A stretch of DNA of 64,000 nucleotides from the NCBI GenBank assembly GCA_963662375.2, contig CAXXRP010000008.1, positions 7,738 through 71,737 on the forward strand, written 5' to 3'. This document shows, one piece after another, positions 9,637-17,103 of the stretch (positions within the stretch are counted from its first letter, which is position 1; each line of letters starts with the position of its first letter). The notes beneath the pieces were generated by a model. It searched no databases. It saw only the letters and a list, made by a program, of their open reading frames with translations, and was not told where the DNA came from. Made by a program: the position numbers and the translations under genes. This DNA comes from Rhodospirillaceae bacterium (GTDB lineage Bacteria > Pseudomonadota > Alphaproteobacteria > Rhodospirillales > Rhodospirillaceae).

Positions 9637-10316
9637 GCAAGAAGGTGGAAGAGAAGGCGGTCTGGGCGGTTCTTCCGATAAAGGCCCTGCGCGGGGCCAA
9701 GGAAAGACTAGCTGACGTTCTTGGAGCGGAAGAACGGGCCGGCTTGGCAACCGCCATGGCGCAGGACATGCTTGCCAGCCTGACTGCAACAGCGGGCGTA
9801 GAGGGCGTCCTTGTCGTCTCGAACGCCGAGGAGGTAAGGGTGCTTGCCGGACAGTACGGCGTTAAAGTTCTACCAGAGAGTGATGGCCAAGGGCTTTCCG
9901 CGGCAGTGACCATCGCGGCTCAAGTCCTTACAAGAGAGCAGGTCCAGGCAATGATGGTTGTTCACGGGGATATTCCGCTGGCCACGCCGGCCGATTTCGA
10001 ACTGGTGCTGGACAGCGCCGCTCCATCGCCATCTATCACCGTTGTTCCATGCAGAAATGAAGACGGATCCAATGTGATGATTTGCACACCTCCCGATGCT
10101 ATCCCATTTCGTTATGGGCCGGGAAGCTACAACGCCCACCAACGGGCCGCCCGAGACGCAGGCATTGACGCCAAAATCTTGCGGGTGCCGGGCCTCGCCC
10201 TCGATATCGATATACCGGAAGACTTGGCGGCGCTTCTTCAGCACCTTAATAGTGGAAAAATAGGTCCCAACACCGAGCGGTTTCTCTCTGAAAGACGCCT
10301 TGGGGAACAGCTGTAG
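9633..10316 (+). CDS. cofC: Phospho-acid guanylyltransferase of F420 biosynthesis (CofC/FbiD family)
   Basis: WAVLPIKALRGAKERL...MAQDMLASL...VVHGDIPLATPADF...GSYNAHQRAA match CofC/FbiD. GTG start in a 4-nt GTGA overlap with the cofD stop. Confidence 0.85.
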   Translation: MSKKVEEKAVWAVLPIKALRGAKERLADVLGAEERAGLATAMAQDMLASLTATAGVEGVLVVSNAEEVRVLAGQYGVKVLPESDGQGLSAAVTIAAQVLTREQVQAMMVVHGDIPLATPADFELVLDSAAPSPSITVVPCRNEDGSNVMICTPPDAIPFRYGPGSYNAHQRAARDAGIDAKILRVPGLALDIDIPEDLAALLQHLNSGKIGPNTERFLSERRLGEQL

Positions 10317-10323
10317 CATTCAC

Positions 10324-10737
10324 TCATTGCACAGGACAAAACATCGGCACGGAAATTTCGTCCGACCAATCTTCGAATATGACCTCCACAGCCATGCCTA
10401 TACATATTTTCTCAGGGTCGCAATCCAAGATGTTACTCATCATTTGGACGTCTTCTTCCAATCTGATCAGCGCCAGGACGGTCACACCACCGTCGGCGTA
10501 GGCCTTCGATATCACGCGGCGCATGATGGTGTAGCTAACAATTTGGCCTCGCCCGCTGGCCTCGACCCACTCGATATTGTCGCCCATACAATGGCTACAA
10601 AAGGTTCGTGGATAGAACTGGTGCTTTCCGCAGTTAACGCATTTCTGGATAAGCAACTGATGACTTTGGCACGCTTTCCAATAGGGGGCCGTCTCGGGCG
10701 TAGGTACCGGGAAGCGTTTAGTCGGTTGCTTGTTCAT
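10324..10737 (-). CDS. DUF35 OB-fold/Zn-ribbon protein (thiolase- or aldolase-associated)
   Basis: Zn-ribbon CVNCGKHQFYPRTFCSHC followed by an OB-fold (GQIVSYTIMRR...). Start trimmed to the ATG at 10737, which overlaps the upstream stop by 1 nt (TAATG). Confidence 0.8.
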   Translation of the reverse strand: MNKQPTKRFPVPTPETAPYWKACQSHQLLIQKCVNCGKHQFYPRTFCSHCMGDNIEWVEASGRGQIVSYTIMRRVISKAYADGGVTVLALIRLEEDVQMMSNILDCDPEKICIGMAVEVIFEDWSDEISVPMFCPVQ

Positions 10738-11906
10738 TAGCTCCGCTCCCTTCCTAAAACCAACGTACAATGGCTCGACATGATACCACCCTGGGCGTGA
10801 ACCAGAGCTCTCTCGGCGTTCTTCACCTGTCTTTTACCGGCGGCGTGGCGCAACTGCTGCACGGCCTCGGTCAATGCAAACATTGAACCGGGATTTCCCG
10901 GGTGACAGTGGGACAACAATCCTCCGTGTGTGTTGGTGGGAAGCGATCCGTCAAGGCCCAGGTTCCCTGCCTCGATAAAAGCACCAGCTTCACCCTTATC
11001 GCAAAAACCTAAATCCTCAAGCTCAATCAATACTACCGGAGTGAAGCAGTCATATAACTCAGCAAAATCGATATCCTCTGGTCCCAGTTCCGCCATTTCA
11101 TAGGCGCGCTTGCCGGAGTCTACGGCAGCTGAAGTGGTAAGGCTGTGTGCCTGGCTTATATGCTCATGCCGGTAGCCTTCCCCGGCACCCAACAAATAGA
11201 CCGGCGGCTGTATCATATCCGCTGCACGCTCCGCCGAGGTCAGCACGACTGCTGCACCCCCATCGGAGACCAATGAACAGTCTAGCAAGTGAAGCGGGTC
11301 GGCGATCAAGCGGGATGCCAACACGTCCTCCACAGTGATTGGCTCCCGCATTTGCGCGTGGGGATTTAACTGGGCGTGGTTCCGGCTGTTCACGGCCACC
11401 GCAGCTAGCTGTTCGGGCGTTGTGCCGTAAGCCTCCATATAGGCGCGGGCGATCAGGGCATAGAAGGCTGGTGCGGTCGGTGTGTAGGGGCTTTCGAACT
11501 GGGGGTGGCCGGACGACGACTGGAATGTCATTACCCGCTCACGCGTCATGCCGCTACGCAGGCTGTCAGCCATGCTGACAACTACCGTTTTACATACACC
11601 CATGGCAATCGCAGAAGCTGCGTGGTGCAGAACGGCAAACGACGTTCCTCCGCCAGCACCGACGCTCAGACAATAGCGTGGGAAAATCTGCAGATATTCG
11701 GCAATCATCCCCGCATGATACATAGAGGGATCCGCCATGGAGTTGCAGGTAATCAGGCCATCGACATCATCCTTGCTGATGCCGGTATCATCCAGTGCAC
11801 GCGTGATCGCATCAACGCAGAGCCCGGTTGCCCCCATGTGCGGCACCACGCCAACCTCAGTATCAGCGGCGCCGACAATCGCCACTTTTCCCCGCAGCGC
11901 GTTCAA
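10737..11906 (-). CDS. Thiolase-fold SCP-x/Ltp2-like protein lacking the nucleophilic Cys (probable retro-aldolase rather than thiolase)
   Basis: Thiolase-fold layout with NTHGGLLSHCHPGNPGS. The segment where thiolases carry C-(A/S)-(S/G)-G reads SVGAGGGTSFAVLHHAASAI, with no Cys. The C-terminal CxGGG element is replaced by HAQGGIMSSH. Confidence 0.75.
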   Translation of the reverse strand: MNALRGKVAIVGAADTEVGVVPHMGATGLCVDAITRALDDTGISKDDVDGLITCNSMADPSMYHAGMIAEYLQIFPRYCLSVGAGGGTSFAVLHHAASAIAMGVCKTVVVSMADSLRSGMTRERVMTFQSSSGHPQFESPYTPTAPAFYALIARAYMEAYGTTPEQLAAVAVNSRNHAQLNPHAQMREPITVEDVLASRLIADPLHLLDCSLVSDGGAAVVLTSAERAADMIQPPVYLLGAGEGYRHEHISQAHSLTTSAAVDSGKRAYEMAELGPEDIDFAELYDCFTPVVLIELEDLGFCDKGEAGAFIEAGNLGLDGSLPTNTHGGLLSHCHPGNPGSMFALTEAVQQLRHAAGKRQVKNAERALVHAQGGIMSSHCTLVLGRERS

Positions 11907-12334
11907 CTTCGCCTCCCCCTTTTTTTGTTGAAACGCGCCAGCGCCTGCCCCGGTGTTATGATCCGATCATTGATGCCGCGTACATTGACCTCAATCTCAA
12001 CTTCACGGGTATCGGGATCCACCGACAGCACTTTCCCTTCCGACCGCAGCGACTCGCCAACGCAGGAGTATTTCCGGTTGGTATAGCTAATAGTGGTGAG
12101 TACTCCGTCATCGCCGAGCCACTCCAGGACACATTGCGTCAACCAATCTCCCATCAGCGGCCCTGGGATCACAAGGCCCGGATATTTTTCTTCGTCCGTG
12201 GCGTAGGGATAGTCAAAGTGAATCCTATGGGCGTTCCACAGCGCCGCATTGTAAAGAAATAACTGAATTGTGTTGGGCTCGAACATGCGTTCGGGAAGCT
12301 TGTCACCTGGCTGCACGGTTTCGATTCGTGACAT
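11903..12334 (-). CDS. MaoC-like hotdog-fold (R)-hydratase subunit
   Basis: YNAALWNAHRIHFDYPYA...PGLVIPGPLM resembles the MaoC dehydratase motif. The gene is about 143 aa and overlaps the downstream gene by 4 nt. Confidence 0.75.
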   Translation of the reverse strand: MSRIETVQPGDKLPERMFEPNTIQLFLYNAALWNAHRIHFDYPYATDEEKYPGLVIPGPLMGDWLTQCVLEWLGDDGVLTTISYTNRKYSCVGESLRSEGKVLSVDPDTREVEIEVNVRGINDRIITPGQALARFNKKRGRRS

Positions 12335-12339
12335 AGCCG

Positions 12340-12795
12340 TTACCGCATGATTCTGGTTGTCTTTTCGGTCAGCACTTGGTCACCTGATTTGGTTTCGACT
12401 TCCATGTCGATTTCGTAAAAAATAAGCGGTCCCTGAGACCCCTGTTTTTCGTAAATACCAGTCAAAGTACGTTTGGCGACCAACACATCTCCCGGGCGAA
12501 TGGGCCGATGATATTCGATCTTTAGGCCGCCTGCCATGGCTCTTTCAAGGGGCAGTTTTGGCACCAGCGCGTCAATAAAAACACCGTCCGGGGTCAGTTG
12601 GTTCTGTTCCACAACATCCCAGAACAGGGCCACGTGAAACATGGGCGGGGCTTCATCTCCGGCAAGATATTTTTTCAGACGTTGACCTGTGGCGACTGAA
12701 TATTTGCGGATATCCCGGCGAGTCACCAATTCTTTCTTGGGAGGCGCCTCGCGCCCGATGTGAGCTAATAATTCCGGGGTTATCAATGAACTCAT
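12340..12795 (-). CDS. Hotdog-fold hydratase partner subunit (MaoC N-terminal-like/FAS1-like)
   Basis: 151 aa, with PPMFHVALFW...GGLKIEYHRPIRPGDVL. Paired with the adjacent MaoC-like gene as in heteromeric ChsH1/ChsH2-type hydratases. Confidence 0.7.
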   Translation of the reverse strand: MSSLITPELLAHIGREAPPKKELVTRRDIRKYSVATGQRLKKYLAGDEAPPMFHVALFWDVVEQNQLTPDGVFIDALVPKLPLERAMAGGLKIEYHRPIRPGDVLVAKRTLTGIYEKQGSQGPLIFYEIDMEVETKSGDQVLTEKTTRIMR

Positions 12796-12929
12796 ACTCG
12801 TTTCTTTGCATTCTTCATCAGGCAGCCCGATCGTCGCGATTGCCTGAACAGTTCCGTGCGGTGAGATTGCGCTCTGCCGCCGTCTGGTTCAACATGCCCA
12901 TGAACAGTGTCATGTGCGCTGTGCCTGTA

Positions 12930-13343
12930 TCAATATGGCAGGTCAAGGCCCAGATCACGCACAGAGATTAGCCAGTCGCTATCCACTTTAATCACCTTGT
13001 CGCGATAGACGCCGGTCGCAATCAGTCTATTCTTTCCGTTTTCAGTGCCAAACAATGTCACGTAAGAGACAACTGTGGCATCGGCGTTCCCTTCCGCCTC
13101 AAAGAACACGTTGGTAATGACATGGCGCCGCTTATCGGTCTGCCCTGACATCGAGTCCGCCATCAGCTTCATAATGGCCTCACGCCCCTTAAAAGGTCCC
13201 ACATCGTCGCTATTGGCTATGCGCACTACCATGCTTGCCTCGGGGGCAAAGCACTTCTCAACCATGTCGAGATCGTGCTCATCGTACCCGTATGCCGCGC
13301 GGCTCAGGAGTTCTTGTATCGCCAGTTTATCCGTTGTTTCCAT
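12930..13343 (-). CDS. SnoaL-like/NTF2-fold protein
   Basis: 137 aa. DKLAIQELLSRAAYGYDEHDLDMVEKCF...HVITNVFFE follows the NTF2-like pattern. Confidence 0.65.
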   Translation of the reverse strand: METTDKLAIQELLSRAAYGYDEHDLDMVEKCFAPEASMVVRIANSDDVGPFKGREAIMKLMADSMSGQTDKRRHVITNVFFEAEGNADATVVSYVTLFGTENGKNRLIATGVYRDKVIKVDSDWLISVRDLGLDLPY

Positions 13344-13406
13344 GATTTTTGTTTCCCAATTTTGGAGTTCTAAACATGTCGAGTGAACCTGCCCAAGCTA
13401 ACGTTT

Positions 13407-14009
13407 TCACCCTTTCTCAGTCAAACCAGCAATCTTTAGCATTGTCGTATGAAAGAGGCGATGGGCCTCGAGCAGAGTAAAGCCTTTGTCGAAATATACA
13501 GCAGTGCGCAGGCCTATCAGTGTCGCGTAAGCGACCTCGGCAGAATCCTCTGCACCAGAGAGGAACCCGCATGGGGTTTGTTCGAGTAATTCCGTCAAAT
13601 AGGCTTTGCATTTCGCGTCCAGTTCAGCCTTATTGCGCCTCAGCACCTTATCATTGACAGCCACGCCAAAGCACTCAAGCATGAGCCCAATTTCGGATTT
13701 TGTTATTCCCGTACCAGCAAAGAAGAACTTGGCCAAAAGATCGATCTGGCGACGCGGGCTCTCCTCTCGTATTTTATCCAGGCGGCGAAGAACCTGGTTT
13801 GAAACTTTCTGAAAATATTGTTGAAGTATCGCATCCTTGCCATCAAAATAATAAAGTAGATGGCTGGGGTACATTCCAGCGACTTCAGCCACATCCGCGA
13901 GCGTTGTCTTTGCATAACCCACTTTGATCATGCAGTCGTGAAGCGCCCACAGGATATCTTTCCGGCGTTTGTCCCCGCGTTCCTGGGCGGGTTTCTTCTG
14001 CGCTTTCAC
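13407..14009 (-). CDS. TetR-family transcriptional regulator
   Basis: HTH region RRKDILWALHDCMIKVGYAKTTLADVAEVAGMYPSHLLYYF. The start is uncertain: GTG at 14009, or TTG at 14096 as in the ORF track. Either start overlaps the tail of the upstream SDR ORF. Confidence 0.8.
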   Translation of the reverse strand: MKAQKKPAQERGDKRRKDILWALHDCMIKVGYAKTTLADVAEVAGMYPSHLLYYFDGKDAILQQYFQKVSNQVLRRLDKIREESPRRQIDLLAKFFFAGTGITKSEIGLMLECFGVAVNDKVLRRNKAELDAKCKAYLTELLEQTPCGFLSGAEDSAEVAYATLIGLRTAVYFDKGFTLLEAHRLFHTTMLKIAGLTEKG

Positions 14010-14814
14010 CCGATTTTTCTCTCGAACTACGGCGGGCAACTCTATGCTGAACGGCTTGGTCGTTAGAGTTTGCAGGATTCGCCCCGTCAATGACAAAAAC
14101 TCCGCCAGTCACGAAATCAGACTTGCTTGACGCCAGATAACAGACCAGCGGTCCAATCTCTTCGGGCGCACCCATACGGCGGGCGGGAATCTTGGCTAAT
14201 CGGCGTTTTAGGATGTCCGGTGATTCCAGAACCGCGCTCTGCGCGTCTGTCTCAAACGCACCGGGTGCAATCGCGTTCACCTGGATACCGTTCTTGGCCC
14301 ATTCGGAAGCAAGCGCCTTGGTGAATTGCAGCAGCGCACCTTTGGATGATGAATAGGCCACCAGCATTACCTTGCCTAGAATTCCCGAAGTTGACGCGAT
14401 ATTGATGATTTTTCCAGATCCCTGCTTGGCCATGTGCTTTCCGGCGGCGCGAGCCAGAATCGCCGGCGCGGTAACATTCACCGCCATCACCTTTTCCCAA
14501 ACTGAAAGGTCTTGCTCCAGAAACTTGCCGGCGGGTGCAATCCCAGCGTTATTCACGACGATATCGATACCTCCGAACGTATCGATCGCCACCTGCGGTA
14601 GTCTGGCGACCGTTTCGGTATCGCTCATATCGCACTGCACAGGGTGAATATGATCGGGTGACGTCGCCTTGAAATCGGTCAGAGCATCAATCGACCTTGC
14701 CGCGGCAACGACGAATGCGCCCTGCTCGACCAGGGCGGCTGCCGCCGCGCGCCCAAGCCCGCGGCTGGCGCCAGTGACAATTGCCACCCGCCCTTCGAGC
14801 TCCAGGTCCATCAT
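13885..14814 (-). CDS. Short-chain dehydrogenase/reductase with an atypical ~60-aa C-terminal extension
   Basis: TGASRGLG, NNAG and YSSSKGA(x)...K, then PGAFET and VTGGVFVIDG. The normal SDR fold ends near residue 245. The remaining tail is low-complexity and lies out of frame over the TetR 5' region. Confidence 0.85.
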   Translation of the reverse strand: MMDLELEGRVAIVTGASRGLGRAAAAALVEQGAFVVAAARSIDALTDFKATSPDHIHPVQCDMSDTETVARLPQVAIDTFGGIDIVVNNAGIAPAGKFLEQDLSVWEKVMAVNVTAPAILARAAGKHMAKQGSGKIINIASTSGILGKVMLVAYSSSKGALLQFTKALASEWAKNGIQVNAIAPGAFETDAQSAVLESPDILKRRLAKIPARRMGAPEEIGPLVCYLASSKSDFVTGGVFVIDGANPANSNDQAVQHRVARRSSREKSGESAEETRPGTRGQTPERYPVGASRLHDQSGLCKDNARGCG

Positions 14815-15941
14815 GGCACGATCCTGGTAAGTTCACTCGCAATGCCAAGGCGTAACACTTCTGAGGATCCTTCATATATGCGCATCGGCCGCGCCTGACG
14901 ATACAGGCGCTCGATCTTTGAATCCTGAACAAGCCCCCAACGGCCCATCATCTGAACGCAGCGGTCAACCACCCGCGAAGCCATCTCGCTGGCAGCAAGC
15001 TTGGCCATCGAGGAATAGGGCAGGTTCGCCGACGGATCGCTTCGGGCCATTGTGGCAGCCCTGTAAGTCAGGAGCCTTGCCATCTCCACCTCGGTCCAGC
15101 TATCCGCAAGCATTTGTGCGACCGATCCTAATTTTGCGAGGGGTTTGCCAAACTGTTCCCTGGACCGGGTGTGGCGGACAGCCTCTTCCAGCGCGGCCTG
15201 GGCCAGGCCTACGGCAGCACCGGCAACCGATACCCGAAACACTGACAAAGTTGACAACACTAGCGCCAGTCCCTTTCCAGCCGGCCCGAGGCGGGCGTCG
15301 CTCGGTAGTGAGACGTTGCTGAATTCGATTTCGCCCAATACATGCGGTGCGATTAACCCAGGCGTGGGCGTGATCGATAAACCCTCCGCATCCGCCGGAA
15401 CCAGCACCATTGAAAAACCAGCCCCTTCCTTTGCAAAAACAACATAGAAGGTCGCGTATCCGGCATTGGAAATAAATGACTTTGATCCGTTCAAGACAAG
15501 ACCGTCTCCATCGGAGACAATTTCCGTGGTAACCGACTTGAGGTCGGAACCGGCGACAGGTTCGGTCAGGGCCAGCGCCGGTAAGACTTCTGCTGTCGCA
15601 ATTCGGGGAAGCCACTGTGACCGCTGCAGATCAGAGCCGGCCGCGGTCACTGCAAAACTGCCAATTCCCTGAAGGGCGAACAGAGAGTCCATATGAGAGG
15701 ACGTTGCCATCAGCACTTCCCTAACGAGGCAGATGGCGAGGGGATCAATTTCTTCGAACCTGCCACCGTATCGCGAGGGCACCATCAGGTTGGCCAATTT
15801 GCTGGTTTGCAGTGCTTCCAGCATACCGGGGTGAAGCTCATTGGATGCGTCCGCCTCGCAGGCGAAATGATCGACGGACTGTGCAAGCGCCTGGGCTTCG
15901 CGCTGGATCTCCAGATACTTGGCGTCGAGATCAAAATTCAT
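14811..15941 (-). CDS. Acyl-CoA dehydrogenase
   Basis: ALTEPVAGSDL...GSKSFISNA...QFGKPL...IYEGSSEV are canonical ACAD motifs. Confidence 0.9.
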   Translation of the reverse strand: MNFDLDAKYLEIQREAQALAQSVDHFACEADASNELHPGMLEALQTSKLANLMVPSRYGGRFEEIDPLAICLVREVLMATSSHMDSLFALQGIGSFAVTAAGSDLQRSQWLPRIATAEVLPALALTEPVAGSDLKSVTTEIVSDGDGLVLNGSKSFISNAGYATFYVVFAKEGAGFSMVLVPADAEGLSITPTPGLIAPHVLGEIEFSNVSLPSDARLGPAGKGLALVLSTLSVFRVSVAGAAVGLAQAALEEAVRHTRSREQFGKPLAKLGSVAQMLADSWTEVEMARLLTYRAATMARSDPSANLPYSSMAKLAASEMASRVVDRCVQMMGRWGLVQDSKIERLYRQARPMRIYEGSSEVLRLGIASELTRIVP

Positions 15942-15991
15942 TTCGGACGATCTTCCCTCGTTCTAATTCCCTGGCGCAGGAAGCGAGGAAA

Positions 15992-16774
15992 TTAGCCGTC
16001 CTCCCGTTTCGCCCGCCCCTTGAACTGGGGGCGCCGCTTTTCCATGAAGGCGCTGGCACCTTCAATCATGTCTTCGGAGCCTATGGCCTGAACCAGTATG
16101 CTAAGACCGCTTAGATAGGCGTCGCGGCATTGGTTCCACCAGACATTGGAACTAACCTTGGCAATTTCCAGGTAACGCGGACTCATACAGAGAAGTTCCT
16201 CAGCCCACTTGGTGACTTCCTCATCCAGCTTATCGTCTGGAACAACTGCGTTGATCCAGCCCATGTCACATGCCTCCTGCGCATTTATACCGGCGGCACA
16301 TAAACGCCACTTCCTTGGCTCGTTTTTCCCCGATATTGATGGCAAGAAAGTTGGTGACCCCCCAGAACCGGGGCGCTACCGACCCGAACGCCGGTCTGGC
16401 CAAAGGTCGCCGATTCGGCTGCGATGGCCAGATCACAAGCCACCACTAGTTCATTGCCACCACCGGCTGCTGCTCCATTTACCGCCGCGATTACGGGCCG
16501 GGGGCTTGTACGGATGGACTCGTATACATCGAGTGATCCGTAAAACATGCTGCGCAATTCTTCTGGATCCGGATCGCTCAGGTTGGCCAAGTAACCTCCG
16601 GCACAGAAGGCGCGGCCGGTTCCCGTCAGAACAATGACGCCGCTGCGGGATGAGCTTCGGATTGCTTTGATGAGTTCCTCGGCCATTTCCGCATCGTAAG
16701 CGTTCATGCGTTCCGGACGGTTCAGGCGGATCCAGGCAACCTCACCCCCTCACTTTAATTTCTATGTCAGACAT
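15992..16774 (-). pseudogene. Enoyl-CoA hydratase/isomerase (crotonase) family gene disrupted by at least 3 frameshifts
   Basis: My hand translation passes through three frames. It runs MSDIEIKVRG | GEVAWIRLNRPERMNAYDAEM...AAVNGAAAGGGNELVVACDLAIAAESATFGQTGVRVGSAPVLGG | TNFLAINIGEKRAKEVAFMCRRY | NAQEACDMGWINAVVPDDKL...FMEKRRPQFKGR. The shifts lie at a C5 run (16745-16749), a C6 run (16358-16363) and near 16284-16288. Confidence 0.8.
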
Positions 16775-16996
16775 GCCAATTCCCCTTCAGAATCCAGATA
16801 CCTGCGCATCCGGTTTAAGCCTCACGAAAGTGTCTGTCTGATAGCACTTCACCTTCGCCACCAGCGACTTTGTATTGACCTATTCCGATTTCTGCAGCGG
16901 ACGTCCAAGAGAGACATTGGAGATGCATGTACTGTTGGCCCATCTCCAGATTACTGAGCACCATATGAGAAATTTGAATTATGTTCAAGTTTAGCT

Positions 16997-17014
16997 TGAC
17001 AGCGCAATCTGTCA
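16997..17014. promoter_or_regulatory. Perfect inverted repeat TGACAG-N6-CTGTCA in the divergent intergenic region (candidate operator; overlaps a TTGACA -35-like hexamer)
   Basis: Read directly from the sequence. It lies between the minus-strand catabolic operon and the plus-strand PQQ dehydrogenase gene. A TetR regulator is encoded in the operon. Confidence 0.3.
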
Positions 17015-17103
17015 GACGTCCCGCTACCGTCGGCCAATAAATAAGAATCGATGCGGTGTGGGCCTGACGATGCGCTTGCGCCGTTACCTATTTTGACAGT
17101 ACC

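Noticed and set aside
10314-10326. Convergent cofC and DUF35 genes separated by only 7 bp, with no terminator hairpin.
   Set aside because: The arrangement is real, but tight convergent gene ends are common in compact bacterial genomes. I see no sequence feature that indicates a specific antisense regulatory mechanism.
15992-16707. Reading the two crotonase ORFs as a genuine two-subunit enzyme or as a programmed frameshift.
   Set aside because: Reconstruction needs three separate frame changes, one of them upstream of both listed ORFs, and no slippery heptamer or stimulatory structure is evident. Crotonases are single-chain proteins.
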